DNA of 63,830 nucleotides, filler included, from Parasitella parasitica NRRL 2501 (GCA_025201805.1; 14 parts of 14 records of this genome joined end to end with filler, not necessarily neighbours in it); one strand, 5' to 3'; shown: positions 39,277-51,366, counted from the first letter of the whole stretch. Notes: generated by a model not told the origin, from the sequence alone. Numbers and translations are program-made.

Positions 39277-40295
39277 ATGAATAAAGAGAAAAATATTATA
39301 AACAATGTAAGCGCAACAACTGCGATTGATTTGAAAGCAGAATTAGTACAACATGTTGAACAATTTGAAAAAACAAGAGCGAGTTTAGGCAAACAATCAA
39401 CTGCAAAGCGACCGGATAAAAAGCCAACCGTCTGGACAAAGCAGAATAAGGGTGTGAACGAGAGAAACCAAAGGGATAAAGCACAGCAGTTGGAAGCGGT
39501 GGAGGGCGACGTACTACGACAAAGTAGAGAACAGCTCGAAAAGAAGGCCAGGCTATACGAAGCAATGCAATCTGGGGAGGTCAATGCAGATGAATATGAC
39601 GAAGAAAAAATGCCACTTGTTGATTTTGATAGGAAATACTTTCAAGAGGTATAGTGTGTTGACTAATTTTTCTGGGATCGATCACTGATGAATTTTAGCG
39701 TGAGTTGGAAAGACAAAGAGAAGACGCAGTAGTAGAGAACAAGCGAAAAAAGAGAAGGCAAAACAATAATGATGACGACGATCCTTGGGTAGAATTTGAA
39801 GATGAATTTGGCCGTACTCGTATTGTCCGTCGTAGTGAGCTACCGTCTACAGAGCAACAGCAAACGCAACAATATTCTGACTATGATTCTGAAGAGGAGA
39901 ATTATGCTTATTTACAAAAACAGGAGCGGTATAAGGCAGCAGATAGATCCGACATGAGCCATTATGAAGCCGACAGAGAAATTCGAACCAAAGGTGTAGG
40001 TTTCTATCGATTTTCCAAAGATGAACAAGAAAGAAGGGCTCAGATTGACAAATTAAATCGCCTAAGAGCAGAAACCGAAAATGCACGAAATTCACAAGCA
40101 AGCGCTTCCTCTAAGCGAAAACAAATGCTGGCGCAAAATGCAGAAAAGATCCGTGCGAAAAAAGCAGCACTGAAGGCTAAAAAACATCATCAACTGAGGC
40201 CTGAACAACAAATACCCTCAGATCAAGGTCCCGTAAATGTTACCGAAGATAGTGTCACGGATTTCTTAAAGTCTATACGTAAACAACTTGAATAA
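39277..40295 (+). CDS. CCDC174-like (DUF4078) protein, 2 exons
   Basis: DLKAEL, QNKGV.ER..RD, LEKKARLYE, LVDF, WVEFEDEFGRTR, HYEADREIRTKGVGFYRFSKDE.ER motifs. Confidence 0.85.
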
Positions 40296-40988
40296 AAATA
40301 CTAGTGTGGTACATATAATTATACATTTGTGTTTGCACTGATGTCTTTTTTTATACGGATGCGATGGAATTTGAGATAATTGGAGCTAAAATTTGCACTT
40401 TTTTGTCAATATTAATAGGTGGATATAAAGCAAGTTTTTAATAAAGAAAAGTTTTAAGATGGTTTAATGGCGAAAAATCCAATCCACAATGCCCCACAAT
40501 CATTTTAATTGCTGATGATAGAATCGTTTAATTTACCAAAGTCCTGATGAACGCTTCTGAGTTTGAGCTACGGTTGACATATCTATGACAGGTACTTAAT
40601 GTGTTTGCGTGATAGTGTTGCTATCTGTAGTCTCTATCTAATGTTTCCCAACATTCCGTATGTGGATTAACAGTTACCTTTAGAAGAATGCCGAAATTAT
40701 GACTAGAGCAAAATCAGTCCTTCAAACATGGTGACAACGTCACCAAAACAAAAAAATTATACACACTGTGGAATATGCTTGATGTAAGGATATTCACAGA
40801 AAAAAAAGTATAAAAAAAACAAGATAAGTCAACTAGATAACGTATAGATTTATTATTTAGTTCAGACTGGAGAACTCTAATCATTACANNNNNNNNNNNN
40901 NNNNNNNNNNNNNNNNNNNNNNNNNNNNNNNNTTAATTAATTAANNNNNNNNNNNNNNNNNNNNNNNNNNNNNNNNNNNNNNNNNNNN

Positions 40989-42474
40989 CGTGGGCTCTGT
41001 ATCAATAGTTTGCTTTTCGCTGATGATGTTGCCGTCTTTGGGTCTAAAGCTGATGTCCAAGCGATGCTGAATCTGGCTGAAGAACATTCCCTGTCCCTTG
41101 GTTATCGATGGAACCCCAGCAAATGTGCTGTGATCTGTGCTCCTTCGACGTCGACTCGTAATCCTCTTAGGATATATGGTGAGCCTCTTGCGGTCGTTGA
41201 AGAATTCACGTACCTTGGTATGCCTTTTCGTTACAAGGGTCTATATGCTCCTGGGATCCTTACTCTGCGCGCCGCTGGTGCTATTAAGACAATGGCATTG
41301 TTGAACTCGATTGGCGTAAATCGTAATGGTTTTTCGTTGCTGCTCTGTTCTCGTCTGTACAAAAGCTTTATTCGTCCAAAACTGGAATTTGGATTAGCTA
41401 TATCACATTTTTCGTTCCGTGACTTTAAAGCTTTGGATGATCTGCAAAACCGGCTGGTGGGTATGTTTGTTGGTGGTACATGGTACAATGTTGCAAAACA
41501 TATAACCTGTATCCCAAGCATGAAGCATCGCTACAATGTTCTGGCTACTCGCTTTGCTCTGCGTGCTGATACGCTTCCTGAGGACTGCTTACTGGTGCTA
41601 ATTCGAAACAGCATGCTATACAACAGGCTAGACAAATTTATTTGTCGAAACCCAATGTATATAGCCCTCCCTGATCCTCTGCCATCTTCATCTGGTCTTA
41701 CTAATTTCTTTAGTGACTACTGGCAAGATCAGGTTGATCGTCAACTTGCTTCTGCTGCTGTTTCTGGCTCTCAGGTTCTCCTTCGTGCTTGTCGCTCGTC
41801 TGCCTCTCGCCCAGATCCCGTTCTCTACCTGCCCATTGGTCGATCTGCTCGAAGTCGTCTTGTTCGTTGGCGTCTTGGCCGGTTCACAAACCGTAGAGAA
41901 GAGTGTCCCTGTGCCACAGGCGCTTTTATCTCTCGCGATCACTTTTTGACTTGTCGTGCCCTGGATCCCACTATGTTGGATGCTTTGCCCTCTGCTCCTC
42001 CTAGTAGTGTCAACCGGATTGACCATGCTCTCAATTGCCTTCCCACAAAGGCATCTGATGGTCCTCCGAGGTTCTGGTCTGCTTTGCTTGCTCTCCTACA
42101 TGCCATTGATTGCCTCGTGCATCCTTTGGCTACCATTGCACCAGATCCTGATCCAGGATTTTCGTGGTTCACAGCTAGATTGTCTGTCCAATGATGAAAG
42201 TTTGTTGTGTTTGTCTTCTTTGTGCGGTGCCTCGGTGGTAAGTCATATCAAAGTTCCCAGCCGTTGGCCATCCCTCAAGATCAAACCAATATCCCGGTAT
42301 TCATGCCGCTCATTTGCTACTACCACACTTTCTTTTTTCCCCTTTTTATCTTTCGTTAGTGCACTGATAAGGGTTTTTGTAACTGTTTCTTTTTATTTTC
42401 TGGAATTCTAGGCTTATGCTCATATCGAGTGCCCATTGAATTCATGTAATATATTAATAAAAACAACCATTAAA
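40989..42474 (+). mobile_element. Non-LTR retrotransposon (LINE) 3' half: RT C-terminus, CCHC finger, 3' UTR
   Basis: LLFADDV, WNPSKC, FTYLG, FIRPKLEFG, CPC...H..C. ORF open to 42194. UTR ends AATAAAAACAACCATTAAA. Confidence 0.92.
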
Positions 42475-42712
42475 CTGAGCTACATCCCCATCTCTTTCGT
42501 TTTTTCATCACTTTTTTCCTCACTTTTCGGTTAAAAGTTTTACTCTCCTACAAAAAACGAATTTTCTCAACAGTCAGCAACGCAATCAACTCGAAATTAT
42601 ACCAGTATACTTGCCTTTAGTGATAGTCTATTGTGTTATAATTTCAGTATCGTCGAACACCTGCCTCATATTTTTTTTAGATTTTAAAAATTTATAAAAA
42701 ATATACACCGCC

Positions 42713-43666
42713 ATGGACAATCCACTACAGCATTTGGACATGAATCAGTTTCCTTTGGTACTGCAACAACTTCAACAACAACTTACTTTAGTCACAGAGA
42801 AAGTTAATCAACATGATGAGCTGCTCACACGTTTATCTGTTCTTGAGCAAGAAAATAAGGAACTGAAAAAATTTTTACACGACAAGGAGCTTATAATTGA
42901 AAAACTCCAGGCTCAAATTCCAAGTCACGAAAATTCTTCCGCTTCGGGTCGAACCGAGGGGGGGAATAATCTCAACACTCAAGGCTCTCCCAAGCCTAAC
43001 AATACTGTACCAAACTATAGTACAGTTGCTTCTGCTGCTGCTCACAAGCCAGATCCCCTTGCTACTGCAAACAAGAAGGGTAAAAAGCGCCTGGCTGCTG
43101 GTCGTGTCTTTCGAACTCCTGCTACCAAAGGTCCTCAAGGCTATGAATATGTTTATATTGGTAGATCTCGTAAGATCCAACGTTCTGAAGTTAGAAAAAT
43201 TCTCAGAGACTCTGGTGTTGACTTGGGTCGTGTCTTGGATATCTGTTTTCCTGCATCTGAGGTTATCGGCATTCTGTTACACACCCAGTATGTACAAGAT
43301 TTTACTGAACTCATGAAGGCTGCTGACGCCGAGCTTGTCTCCGGTTTTGACCCACTGGATCCTGCCAATATTGCTGACCCCAAGTATGCCACTCTTGGTG
43401 TATCTGAGCGTTCTAGTCTGATTTTGGAATTTACTGCTACTCGCTGTCTTCAAACACTGGCTTTCCTGCGACCATTGAATGTTAGTGGTGTTGGTAAGTA
43501 CTTCGTCGAGCAAGGCTGGATCTGTGAAGAAGACCTTTCTGTCTCTGTTGCGGCAGCTGTCAAGCGCTTTGCTGTCAAGGAGCCCAAGCGGGCTAAATTT
43601 CTGTTCCGTCGTCAACTGTCTAGCGACTCTGACTCTGAGGATAATGGCTCTGTTATGGAACAATAA
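42713..43666 (+). CDS. LINE ORF1 protein (N-terminal coiled coil)
   Basis: 317-aa ORF directly upstream of an APE-containing ORF2; heptad-rich N-terminus; YSTVAS motif common in ORF1p. Confidence 0.85.
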   Translation: MDNPLQHLDMNQFPLVLQQLQQQLTLVTEKVNQHDELLTRLSVLEQENKELKKFLHDKELIIEKLQAQIPSHENSSASGRTEGGNNLNTQGSPKPNNTVPNYSTVASAAAHKPDPLATANKKGKKRLAAGRVFRTPATKGPQGYEYVYIGRSRKIQRSEVRKILRDSGVDLGRVLDICFPASEVIGILLHTQYVQDFTELMKAADAELVSGFDPLDPANIADPKYATLGVSERSSLILEFTATRCLQTLAFLRPLNVSGVGKYFVEQGWICEEDLSVSVAAAVKRFAVKEPKRAKFLFRRQLSSDSDSEDNGSVMEQ

Positions 43667-44290
43667 TGTGTTCCATGCCTGCACCTCCGTTACTGTCTAA
43701 TATTTATGTCAACCCAGTCCGCTCCTTGTTTGTCTCTCTTTCCCTCTGGAATGCTAACGGTCTTCGCCAATCAGTAATTCATGATGTTCTCTCTCATGCT
43801 CTTAATACTCATGTGCTACTGGTTACAGAAACCTGGCTTACCTCTGGCTCTTTCCCCACCAGCTGGTCTCAATTTCATCTCTATGGTACAAAAGTTCCTG
43901 GTGCATTTAATCGAGGTTCTGGTGGTATTACTGCTTTTGTCTCTCCTTCCTGTCCTTATAATGTCTCCCAACTCCCGTCATACAACCCGCACACTCTGTC
44001 CCTAAAGGTTGGCACCCTTACGGTCCATTGTGTATACTTACCTCCACCCCTATCATCTGATAAGGTGCTCTCAATCCTCAGTTCTTTGCCTATGGCTCAG
44101 GATACTATTCTGTGTGGTGATTTTAATGCTAGATTGGGCTCTCTAACTGGTGATACTATTGCTAATGCTCGTGGTAATGCTCTAAAGCCTTGGCTTGAAG
44201 AGTATAATTTCTGTGTTCTGAATACGTCTTTGGCTTTTGGTGTTCGAACCTTCTCATCCTTTCGGCGTCAACAGGAACTGAGCAGTATTA
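43666..44290 (+). CDS. LINE ORF2 N-terminus: apurinic-like endonuclease (truncated by gap)
   Basis: LWNANGL, LVTETW, VYLPP, CGDFNAR, NARG..L motifs of the APE/EEP domain. Confidence 0.9.
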
Positions 44291-44390
44291 NNNNNNNNNN
44301 NNNNNNNNNNNNNNNNNNNNNNNNNNNNNNNNNNTTAATTAATTAANNNNNNNNNNNNNNNNNNNNNNNNNNNNNNNNNNNNNNNNNNNN

Positions 44391-45446
44391 CTACAACGGA
44401 AAGCCATTTTTTGCCAAAATAGACTTCATTTCATTATCGAATTCCAATAATGGCTTTCTAACAGGAGCTGGACACATTACGTTATAGCTTCGAACCCTCA
44501 TATTGACACGTCCGAGTTCCTTGTCTAAGAACGACTTTTCCATTTTTTCAAATTGTTTCAAAACTAGCGACGTATTCACCACGGATCTCTCATGCTTGAC
44601 TTGATCTAAGCAGCGTTTGATAGCAGAGTTCATTCGAGAGCGAATAGCCGAAACCTCAGTATCCACTTCCTGCTGCATCATGACCCAAGGAGGAGCAGCA
44701 CCATTTCGTTGAATGATACGGTTCAGGAAATACTCTGTTCGATCAACATAGGGATTGTTTAACAAGGGGTCTTCTGCAATGGGCTTTCCACGGCCAGGCA
44801 AATCCTCAAATTCACCTCTAGCTCTTGCAGCTCGAATGCGCTCATCAGACAAGAGACCCAATTCGTTAATGTGTCTTGGCTTCTCTTCCAAGTCCCAATC
44901 TTCCCAATCGATATCTTTCTTTGATTTTGATCGTCCAATATTATCAGCAACATGCGATTTTTCTTCGTCTATAGGATACTGTCTATTCATGGCATAATCG
45001 AAAGCTGTGTCCTTGGCACTCAAGATTCGATTTTGCTTTCTTTCCCGTTCATTCTTTTCTCGTTCGAATTTCTTGAGTTGAGAGCTTTTTTCCTCTTTCT
45101 GAGGTGGAGGAGGGACGTAGGATGATTGCGGCTGTGGTATGTTTCTGCGCGCAGCACCTGCCACTCTTAATGGTGTGCGATATTTATCGATAATCATTCT
45201 CAGAACAGAATGGTTGACAGGCTCGTCGCCGTCCCAAGGTTTATCATCAGGCAGTTGCTGTTTCTTGTTTGCATTAGTAATATCCTGTAGTTCTTGCTCA
45301 TCCTTATCAGCATCAAAGATAGTCCTGGCCGCATAGTTATGGTTACGACGAACGAGTAGCAGTGTGGCTGGTAAATGAGTCAGAGCAGCCATTGGGACAA
45401 GTCTTGTGAGTGAGGGTAAGTTGGTTGTGCAGATAGTGCGAAGCAT
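44391..45446 (-). CDS. DUF1992 / DNAJC28-conserved-domain protein, probably mitochondrial
   Basis: ERIRAARARGEFEDLPGRGKP, NRIIQRNGAAPPWV, N..VRSYN..CP motifs; Arg-rich presequence-like start MLRTICTT. Confidence 0.85.
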   Translation of the reverse strand: MLRTICTTNLPSLTRLVPMAALTHLPATLLLVRRNHNYAARTIFDADKDEQELQDITNANKKQQLPDDKPWDGDEPVNHSVLRMIIDKYRTPLRVAGAARRNIPQPQSSYVPPPPQKEEKSSQLKKFEREKNERERKQNRILSAKDTAFDYAMNRQYPIDEEKSHVADNIGRSKSKKDIDWEDWDLEEKPRHINELGLLSDERIRAARARGEFEDLPGRGKPIAEDPLLNNPYVDRTEYFLNRIIQRNGAAPPWVMMQQEVDTEVSAIRSRMNSAIKRCLDQVKHERSVVNTSLVLKQFEKMEKSFLDKELGRVNMRVRSYNVMCPAPVRKPLLEFDNEMKSILAKNGFPL

Positions 45447-45729
45447 AGTGTTTATGCAGGCCTTTTTCTCTACAACAGGTGAATCAAGGGTATTTATATA
45501 GAGAAGAATCGAGAAAATAATTCGGTTTCTTCGATGACACATAAATGAGTTCCGAGTTTTTCTCTCATTCTGAAACGATCAAGATAAGCGAGGCATCTAC
45601 GAAATCACCTTATTTTTGTGACCTGCTTGAAATGATTAAAGGACAAAGTTGAGAGGATGGCCCTGAATCAAGCACCAAAGCATGGGCCAGAAATCAATTC
45701 AGAAAGTGGGGTCAATTTATTATTGTTTA

Positions 45730-45764
<35 letters not shown>

Positions 45765-45864
45765 NNNNNNNNNNNNNNNNNNNNNNNNNNNNNNNNNNNN
45801 NNNNNNNNTTAATTAATTAANNNNNNNNNNNNNNNNNNNNNNNNNNNNNNNNNNNNNNNNNNNN

Positions 45865-46363
45865 TACCCAATCTTCTCTTTAATGTAAAATAGAAAGATA
45901 GGTCTGTCCTGGAAATGCTGTGATTTAATAAGGTTTGACACTTCTTGTCAAACATCAGATGTTATGTGGATAAACATTGATTGGGATATATTTTAGTATA
46001 AATAGAGATCATATCTTATGGCAATAAAAGTCTTCAGTTTTGTATCTGGTTTTATTCAGAAAAGCTTTATTACTTTATACAAATCTTATTTACATAACAT
46101 TACGCTGCGCCCTTTGACACTGGCACAACAGGTCTGTCCTGGAAATGCTGTGATTTAATAAGGTTTGACACTTCTTGTCAAACATCAGATACTATGTAGA
46201 TAAGCATTGATTGGGATATATTCTAGTATAAATAGAGAACACATCTTATGTCAATAATAAAAGTCTTCAGTTTTGTATCTGGTTTATTCAGAAAAGTCTT
46301 TATTATTTTATACAAATCACATTTACACAACATTTCGCTGCGCCCTTTTACACTGGCACAACA
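45865..46363 (+). repeat. LTR family A 3' part with tandem ~230-bp duplication
   Basis: GGTCTGTCCTGG...GGCACAACA at 45901-46130 and again at 46131-46363. Confidence 0.85.
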
Positions 46364-47017
46364 AGGATATTTTTCACAACACAATAACTAAAATATGACG
46401 ATAGCCATTCTCACGCGGCCAAATAATATTACGCAACTCTCTATCGATGGTAAAAGCATTTCAGCATAATTTGCTTCTTCTTAAAACCTAAATTGAACAA
46501 TAACAGATTAACGCATTTGATGTGAACTACGGACAGCCTTTCACACATGTTATTTGAATTAGCAAGTGTATATGTTATAGATATCAGTATAAACTGATCA
46601 TCACTCATAAAAAGAATCTCCGTAAATATTATTATGAATATGATGAACTTTGGATTACCCCAGAATATTCCACAAAGATCACAATCATTGATGTGTCAAT
46701 ATCCCAACCGAAAGTCAAATTCAAGTAAACTCAATCCTGAACACAATTCAGGAACATATCCCAATGGATCATGTTCCTTATTTATAACTCAACACCTTTC
46801 TTTCATCTAAAGATCACTTTAGTACGTTAGTCTGGTCAACCTAGGTGTTGCTCTGGATTTTGTTTATGATCCCTTGCTGAAGGTTTTGATCGTACGCGTC
46901 GTCAAAGGCCCCAGTGCCAAGTAGATGTAGACATTTTGGAATGGTGACTATTGCTTGTGGTTTTGCTATGGCCATGAAAAGTACTTTGAGCTGGATGGTG
47001 TCGTATTGGATAGCTAG

Positions 47018-47275
47018 TGATGTATCAATTCTAAAACCGGATGTCAATATAATATAAACTCATACTGAAGAGTAAAACATCAGATCATAAAATAATATGA
47101 CATGACATTTGGGATAGATACAATCTACCCTATCTTCCGGATCTCATCACTGAAACCTTTATCCTCACATCGCTTCCCTCAGCTCATAGAAAGTATATAA
47201 ACCCTCTATTTTTGAATGTAATAAACGGATCCTTACCTGATTAATTTCTATTTGAACTTTTCTGATAAATCATCA
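47018..47275 (+). repeat. Solo LTR (family C relative) TGATG...CATCA with 5-bp TSD GCTAG
   Basis: GCTAG at 47013-47017 and 47276-47280. Confidence 0.85.
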
Positions 47276-47295
47276 GCTAGAACTAACAGAATGCA

Positions 47296-47550
47296 TGTTG
47301 GATCAAAAAGATAATAAAAAAACCAAAGGTTAACGAGATACGAAAACTGAAGATACTTTATTTAAGATCGAAATTGCATCTGCTATTTATACTTTTTACA
47401 ACTACATAAATTTATGGTGACTTATTTAGATTACTAATTGACAAGACTAATTCACAGTGACAATCTACTTGACAGGGTACGATATGAGGTTATACAGCAA
47501 GGGCTACACGTCTTTGATCTGACAGAGCCTTAACCTTTATCCTGGTGCTC
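47296..47550 (-). repeat. LTR family B 3' part
   Basis: Reverse complement of 1731-1935 and 12936-13098. Confidence 0.8.
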
Positions 47551-47651
47551 ANNNNNNNNNNNNNNNNNNNNNNNNNNNNNNNNNNNNNNNNNNNNTTAAT
47601 TAATTAANNNNNNNNNNNNNNNNNNNNNNNNNNNNNNNNNNNNNNNNNNNN

Positions 47652-49293
47652 AGTTTGCTGAACATATAAAACGCAAAGGCACTGAAAGGACATCTGAAGA
47701 GATTGTAATGTCTCATCACGCACGCAAATTTTACTTCACCATCCTTCAGATTTTTACCCTTATCCAAGCAAAAAAGGAGAGCAACAGCTTGCTGTACACC
47801 TCTATGTTGCGTGCGCGAAATAATAGTCGAAAAACAATCCGAGAAATTCAAATTTCGTAAGTCTTGATCTCGAAGAAGCATGTGGTGGCGAGCAGAAATT
47901 GAAAACCTTTCTCGCAAATGAAGCTTGTCAGTTGAGCACCACAAGTCTAGTAGGATTTTAATAAATTGGCCGATTTTATATGAATCCCGGATGATACAAT
48001 GAGCAGCTCTATCGGCATTTGTCTGTACTTGATCGTAGATCAAGTTTGCGCCATACTGTTTGATTATGTTTTTCACCTCTTTGCATATTTTTGGAGATGG
48101 CCATGTTATTCCTCTGGTAGCTACTTGATATTCATGCAAAGACATCAAAGCCTTCTTGTACTGGTTTACAGCCTCAATGCCAATAGGTACTTGAAGTTTT
48201 TTTGCTCTTCCAGATTTATTTGTTGGGGCATCTTCTGTCACTATAGTTTGAATGTTAAAAAAAAATGCAATAGTATATTTTAATGCAATCCTTACAGTCA
48301 ATCAATCTGGTTGATGGTCCAGAATCTCCATCATTTTGCAATGACACTTGCGTTCTGACGTCTGCACCGATTGTTACATGTTTTGTGTACGTTTTCTTGA
48401 ATACGCATTCGTTAAAAAAGGCTGCTACTTTAGCGGGCGGACCAACAGTGTAAGGATGCAAAGTATCTTCGCTAAATCTACCAAGGTCCAAGCTTTGGCA
48501 GTATTCCTAATTCATATATAAAATTTAGTGGTTATTTTTGAAAAAGTACACCAACAAAACTCATTATGTCAATACCTTCCAAACAGCCAAAGGCATTCGA
48601 TAAGCCAATTCGGTACTTGGCCGCTTGTTCTTCAAAATGTCTTGAAGTGCAAGAACAACTTCATCAACTTGCTGGGAAGCACCTGTATTAGTAGGAATAA
48701 TGGCAGAAGGAGCAGCACTAGTGGCTTCACTTTGAGAGGATTCCAAAGGGACCATTTCGACACGAGCCTTCTTAGGACGACCACGGCGAGCTTTTTGAAC
48801 CGAAGATCCACTTTCTTCGGTGCGAACCACCTTCTCAATTGGCAAAAAGGTAGATTCAGGCACTTGTTCTGAATCCGAGCTAGATTCAGGAGAATCACGC
48901 TTAATAAGACGCATCTTCCGTTGAGTAGCTGGTAAAATTGGTTGCATAGTTATTAAGATTGAAAGATAAATAAGAAGTTAAAAGTAACTTGTAGATAGCT
49001 TACAGACTGCCCAGCATTTATACTTTTTTTGATTTAATAATACTGAAAAGTAAGAGCTATCACATTGGTTCATTTTCCGGATTTCAGTATTATTAACTTT
49101 GTTTGTCTTTTTTTAATTTCTAATACCAGTAGATTTTCAGTATTGTTAAGTGGATTTCAGTATTGTCAAGTGGATTTCAGTATCATTAAGTGGTACAATC
49201 CTTATATGGAAACTATTTTGGACGATTTCTCAATTTTAATTGGAGGAAATAAATATTTTATTTCTAAAAATATTTTTTTTAGTTATGATACTG
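47652..49293 (-). mobile_element. Second, near-identical copy of the Crypton at 4502-7988 (5' half; runs into gap)
   Basis: ORFs 48564-48947, 48255-48491 and 47600-48301 differ from 4810-6136 by only a few residues; same introns and upstream region. Confidence 0.93.
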
Positions 49294-51366
49294 AGTATTT
49301 ACAAAAGCCCTTTAAATCACTCAAAAGAACACTATTACAAGCATCCCTAATACGTGTAGTTAAAGTTTCTTCTTCCAAGAGTGCTTCTCTTTTGAGTTTG
49401 CTTTTACAAACACACCAAAATTGTTCAATTGGGTTTAGCTCAGGGGAGTAAGATGGCAAATAAATGCAACCATAAACACGTACTTGGATCAGATTTCTGA
49501 TATCTTCATGTTTGTGAATAGGTACGTTATCCATGATCAAATAATGGCCTTTAAAGAGCTCGTATTTGTCCATGATGTCCAAGGTGCTGGAGATAAAGTT
49601 GAAATAATGGCCAGTAACTGTGCCACCTTTGCCTTTTACAATTGAAACCGCTGTGCTATTACCATCTACCTTTCTTTTTTTGGATGAGGCAGTGCTTACA
49701 ACCTTTGGGACTCTGACCTTAATGTTAACAACACCGTGTGGTGATACCGCAACAAGAATAGTAGTTGTCTTTGCTCTTGTCTTAGGTGTTTTAACAACTG
49801 CTCTTGTTCCTTTTCGTGACCAGGCGTAAGTGCGCTTCATATTAATATGAAAAGCAGCTTCGTCGATAAATACGCAGTTATTTTCATAATCCAAGTCTGT
49901 GTGATTGTGCCAGTAATCAACCCATTCAAAACTTTCTTGGATTTTCTCCGGACTATTCCTTTCCAATGAATGAAAATGTGCCCACTTGCATGTAATAGAG
50001 CACTTTTTGGTAACGAAAGTATGGAACGCAGATTTTGAAACTTTGAGATCAGCAAATTTATCAGTCATCCTGTCCAACATTTGATCGAGGGTCAATCCTG
50101 CATCATCATCAACGATCTGAAGTAGATGCTCTTGATGTTCGTCTGTGAGAGTTGAAGCGGATATATGAGAACTGTTCGCGATATGATCGGTTTGATCAGG
50201 TGGTAATCTTTTAACTTGAGGGATTATGGATTCAGATGTAATTAACAAGCTAAAAATTACGAAATGAATTAGAGCTATATTAATAAACATCATCCAGTTG
50301 ATCCTCTCTGTTATCATCATGTAACTTACAAATAATAAAGCAACACATGATTTTAACGTCAAATGTTGTCTTGTCAAATGAAACCAATAAGCAAAAAAAT
50401 ATAAGAATCAAATGTTACTTCTTTATTAGAATCTTGCAATTGAAAGAGATAATTATACTAAATGACTAACTAGAAAATGTTGCAATCTGTGCGGCAGATG
50501 CTTGAATATGATAAGGAATTAAAATAAAATAAAATAAAATAAAATAGAAGAATGTGATTGAAGAGATGATTTTGTTGACATTATTCTTGTTGTTTCTGTT
50601 GTAAGAAAGATATATATGTTGTTATTGCTATCGTTAATTAGATGAAATCCAAATTGAGAGCCTTTCATTCCATATTTTGAACCCTTTCCACCAATTCGAC
50701 CTTAATAACATCAAAGAAATTAAACATCATCAACTGTCAATATCCTAGTGAGCTTCAAAAATAAAAAGAAATATGCTACAAACACCATTTCTCTCATGTC
50801 AGAGTAGCTGGTCTACCTACAGGTCGCCCACTACCGGATTTTCTTTGCTGAACAAAATCGTCACCAACCTCAAGACTTTTCTTATACCAGTTGTAGCAAG
50901 TATTGTGGCGAATCTTGAGCTTAGTTGCAGCACCTCGGATTGACATTCCTTTTTCATTTATGAGGAAGAAAAAAAAATCCATATCTTCTTTCTTGTAGTT
51001 TCTATATGTTCCAGGGCTCGAAGTATCTTCGGTCATTGATTCTTTTGTTGTGTTGCTGTAGACCCTTTTCTTTGATGCGCTTGCTGTTTTCTCTGGAGGT
51101 TTAAGATCGACATAGTGATCAAAATCTGTTACATCATTGAGAGGATAATTATCATTATCTACTTCCTTTCCAATTACAACAACTTCTTCGCCTTCTTCGT
51201 TATATGCATTTCCCTTTCCGTCTACGTGTACAAATTCCATTTTGTTTAATAGTAATAAAAAAGTTCTGAAATTGAACGAATAATTTTCATTTTATTGCGC
51301 CTTTTTTTAAGCTTTTCTTGTCTCTAATTTTTTTTGTAAGTGTCCCAATAATTTCAGGATTTAGTG
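49294..51366 (-). mobile_element. Tc1/IS630-like DD34E transposon, interrupted by a solo LTR and truncated by the Crypton
   Basis: TIR 51341-51366 next to TA; ATG at 51240; FIDEAAF, IMDNVPIH, YSPELNPIE. Removing 50153-50801 plus one TSD restores ...GRPATLTDEHQ... Confidence 0.9.
50153..50801 (-). repeat. Solo LTR family E (TGACATG...CTTCA, 649 bp) with 4-bp TSD
   Basis: GAGT at 50149-50152 and 50802-50805. Second copy begins at 56818 (+). Confidence 0.88.

Noticed and set aside
42475-42489. A complete tRNA-Ala gene on the minus strand
   Set aside because: Only the first 15 nt match, with no anticodon or T arm; reported as a putative TSD instead.
45732-45764. Poly(T) tract as a retroelement tail
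   Set aside because: Runs into a gap; no associated element or TSD visible.
49131-49196. 20-bp tandem repeats as a CRISPR-like or guide array
   Set aside because: Contiguous units without spacers; part of the Crypton subterminal region.
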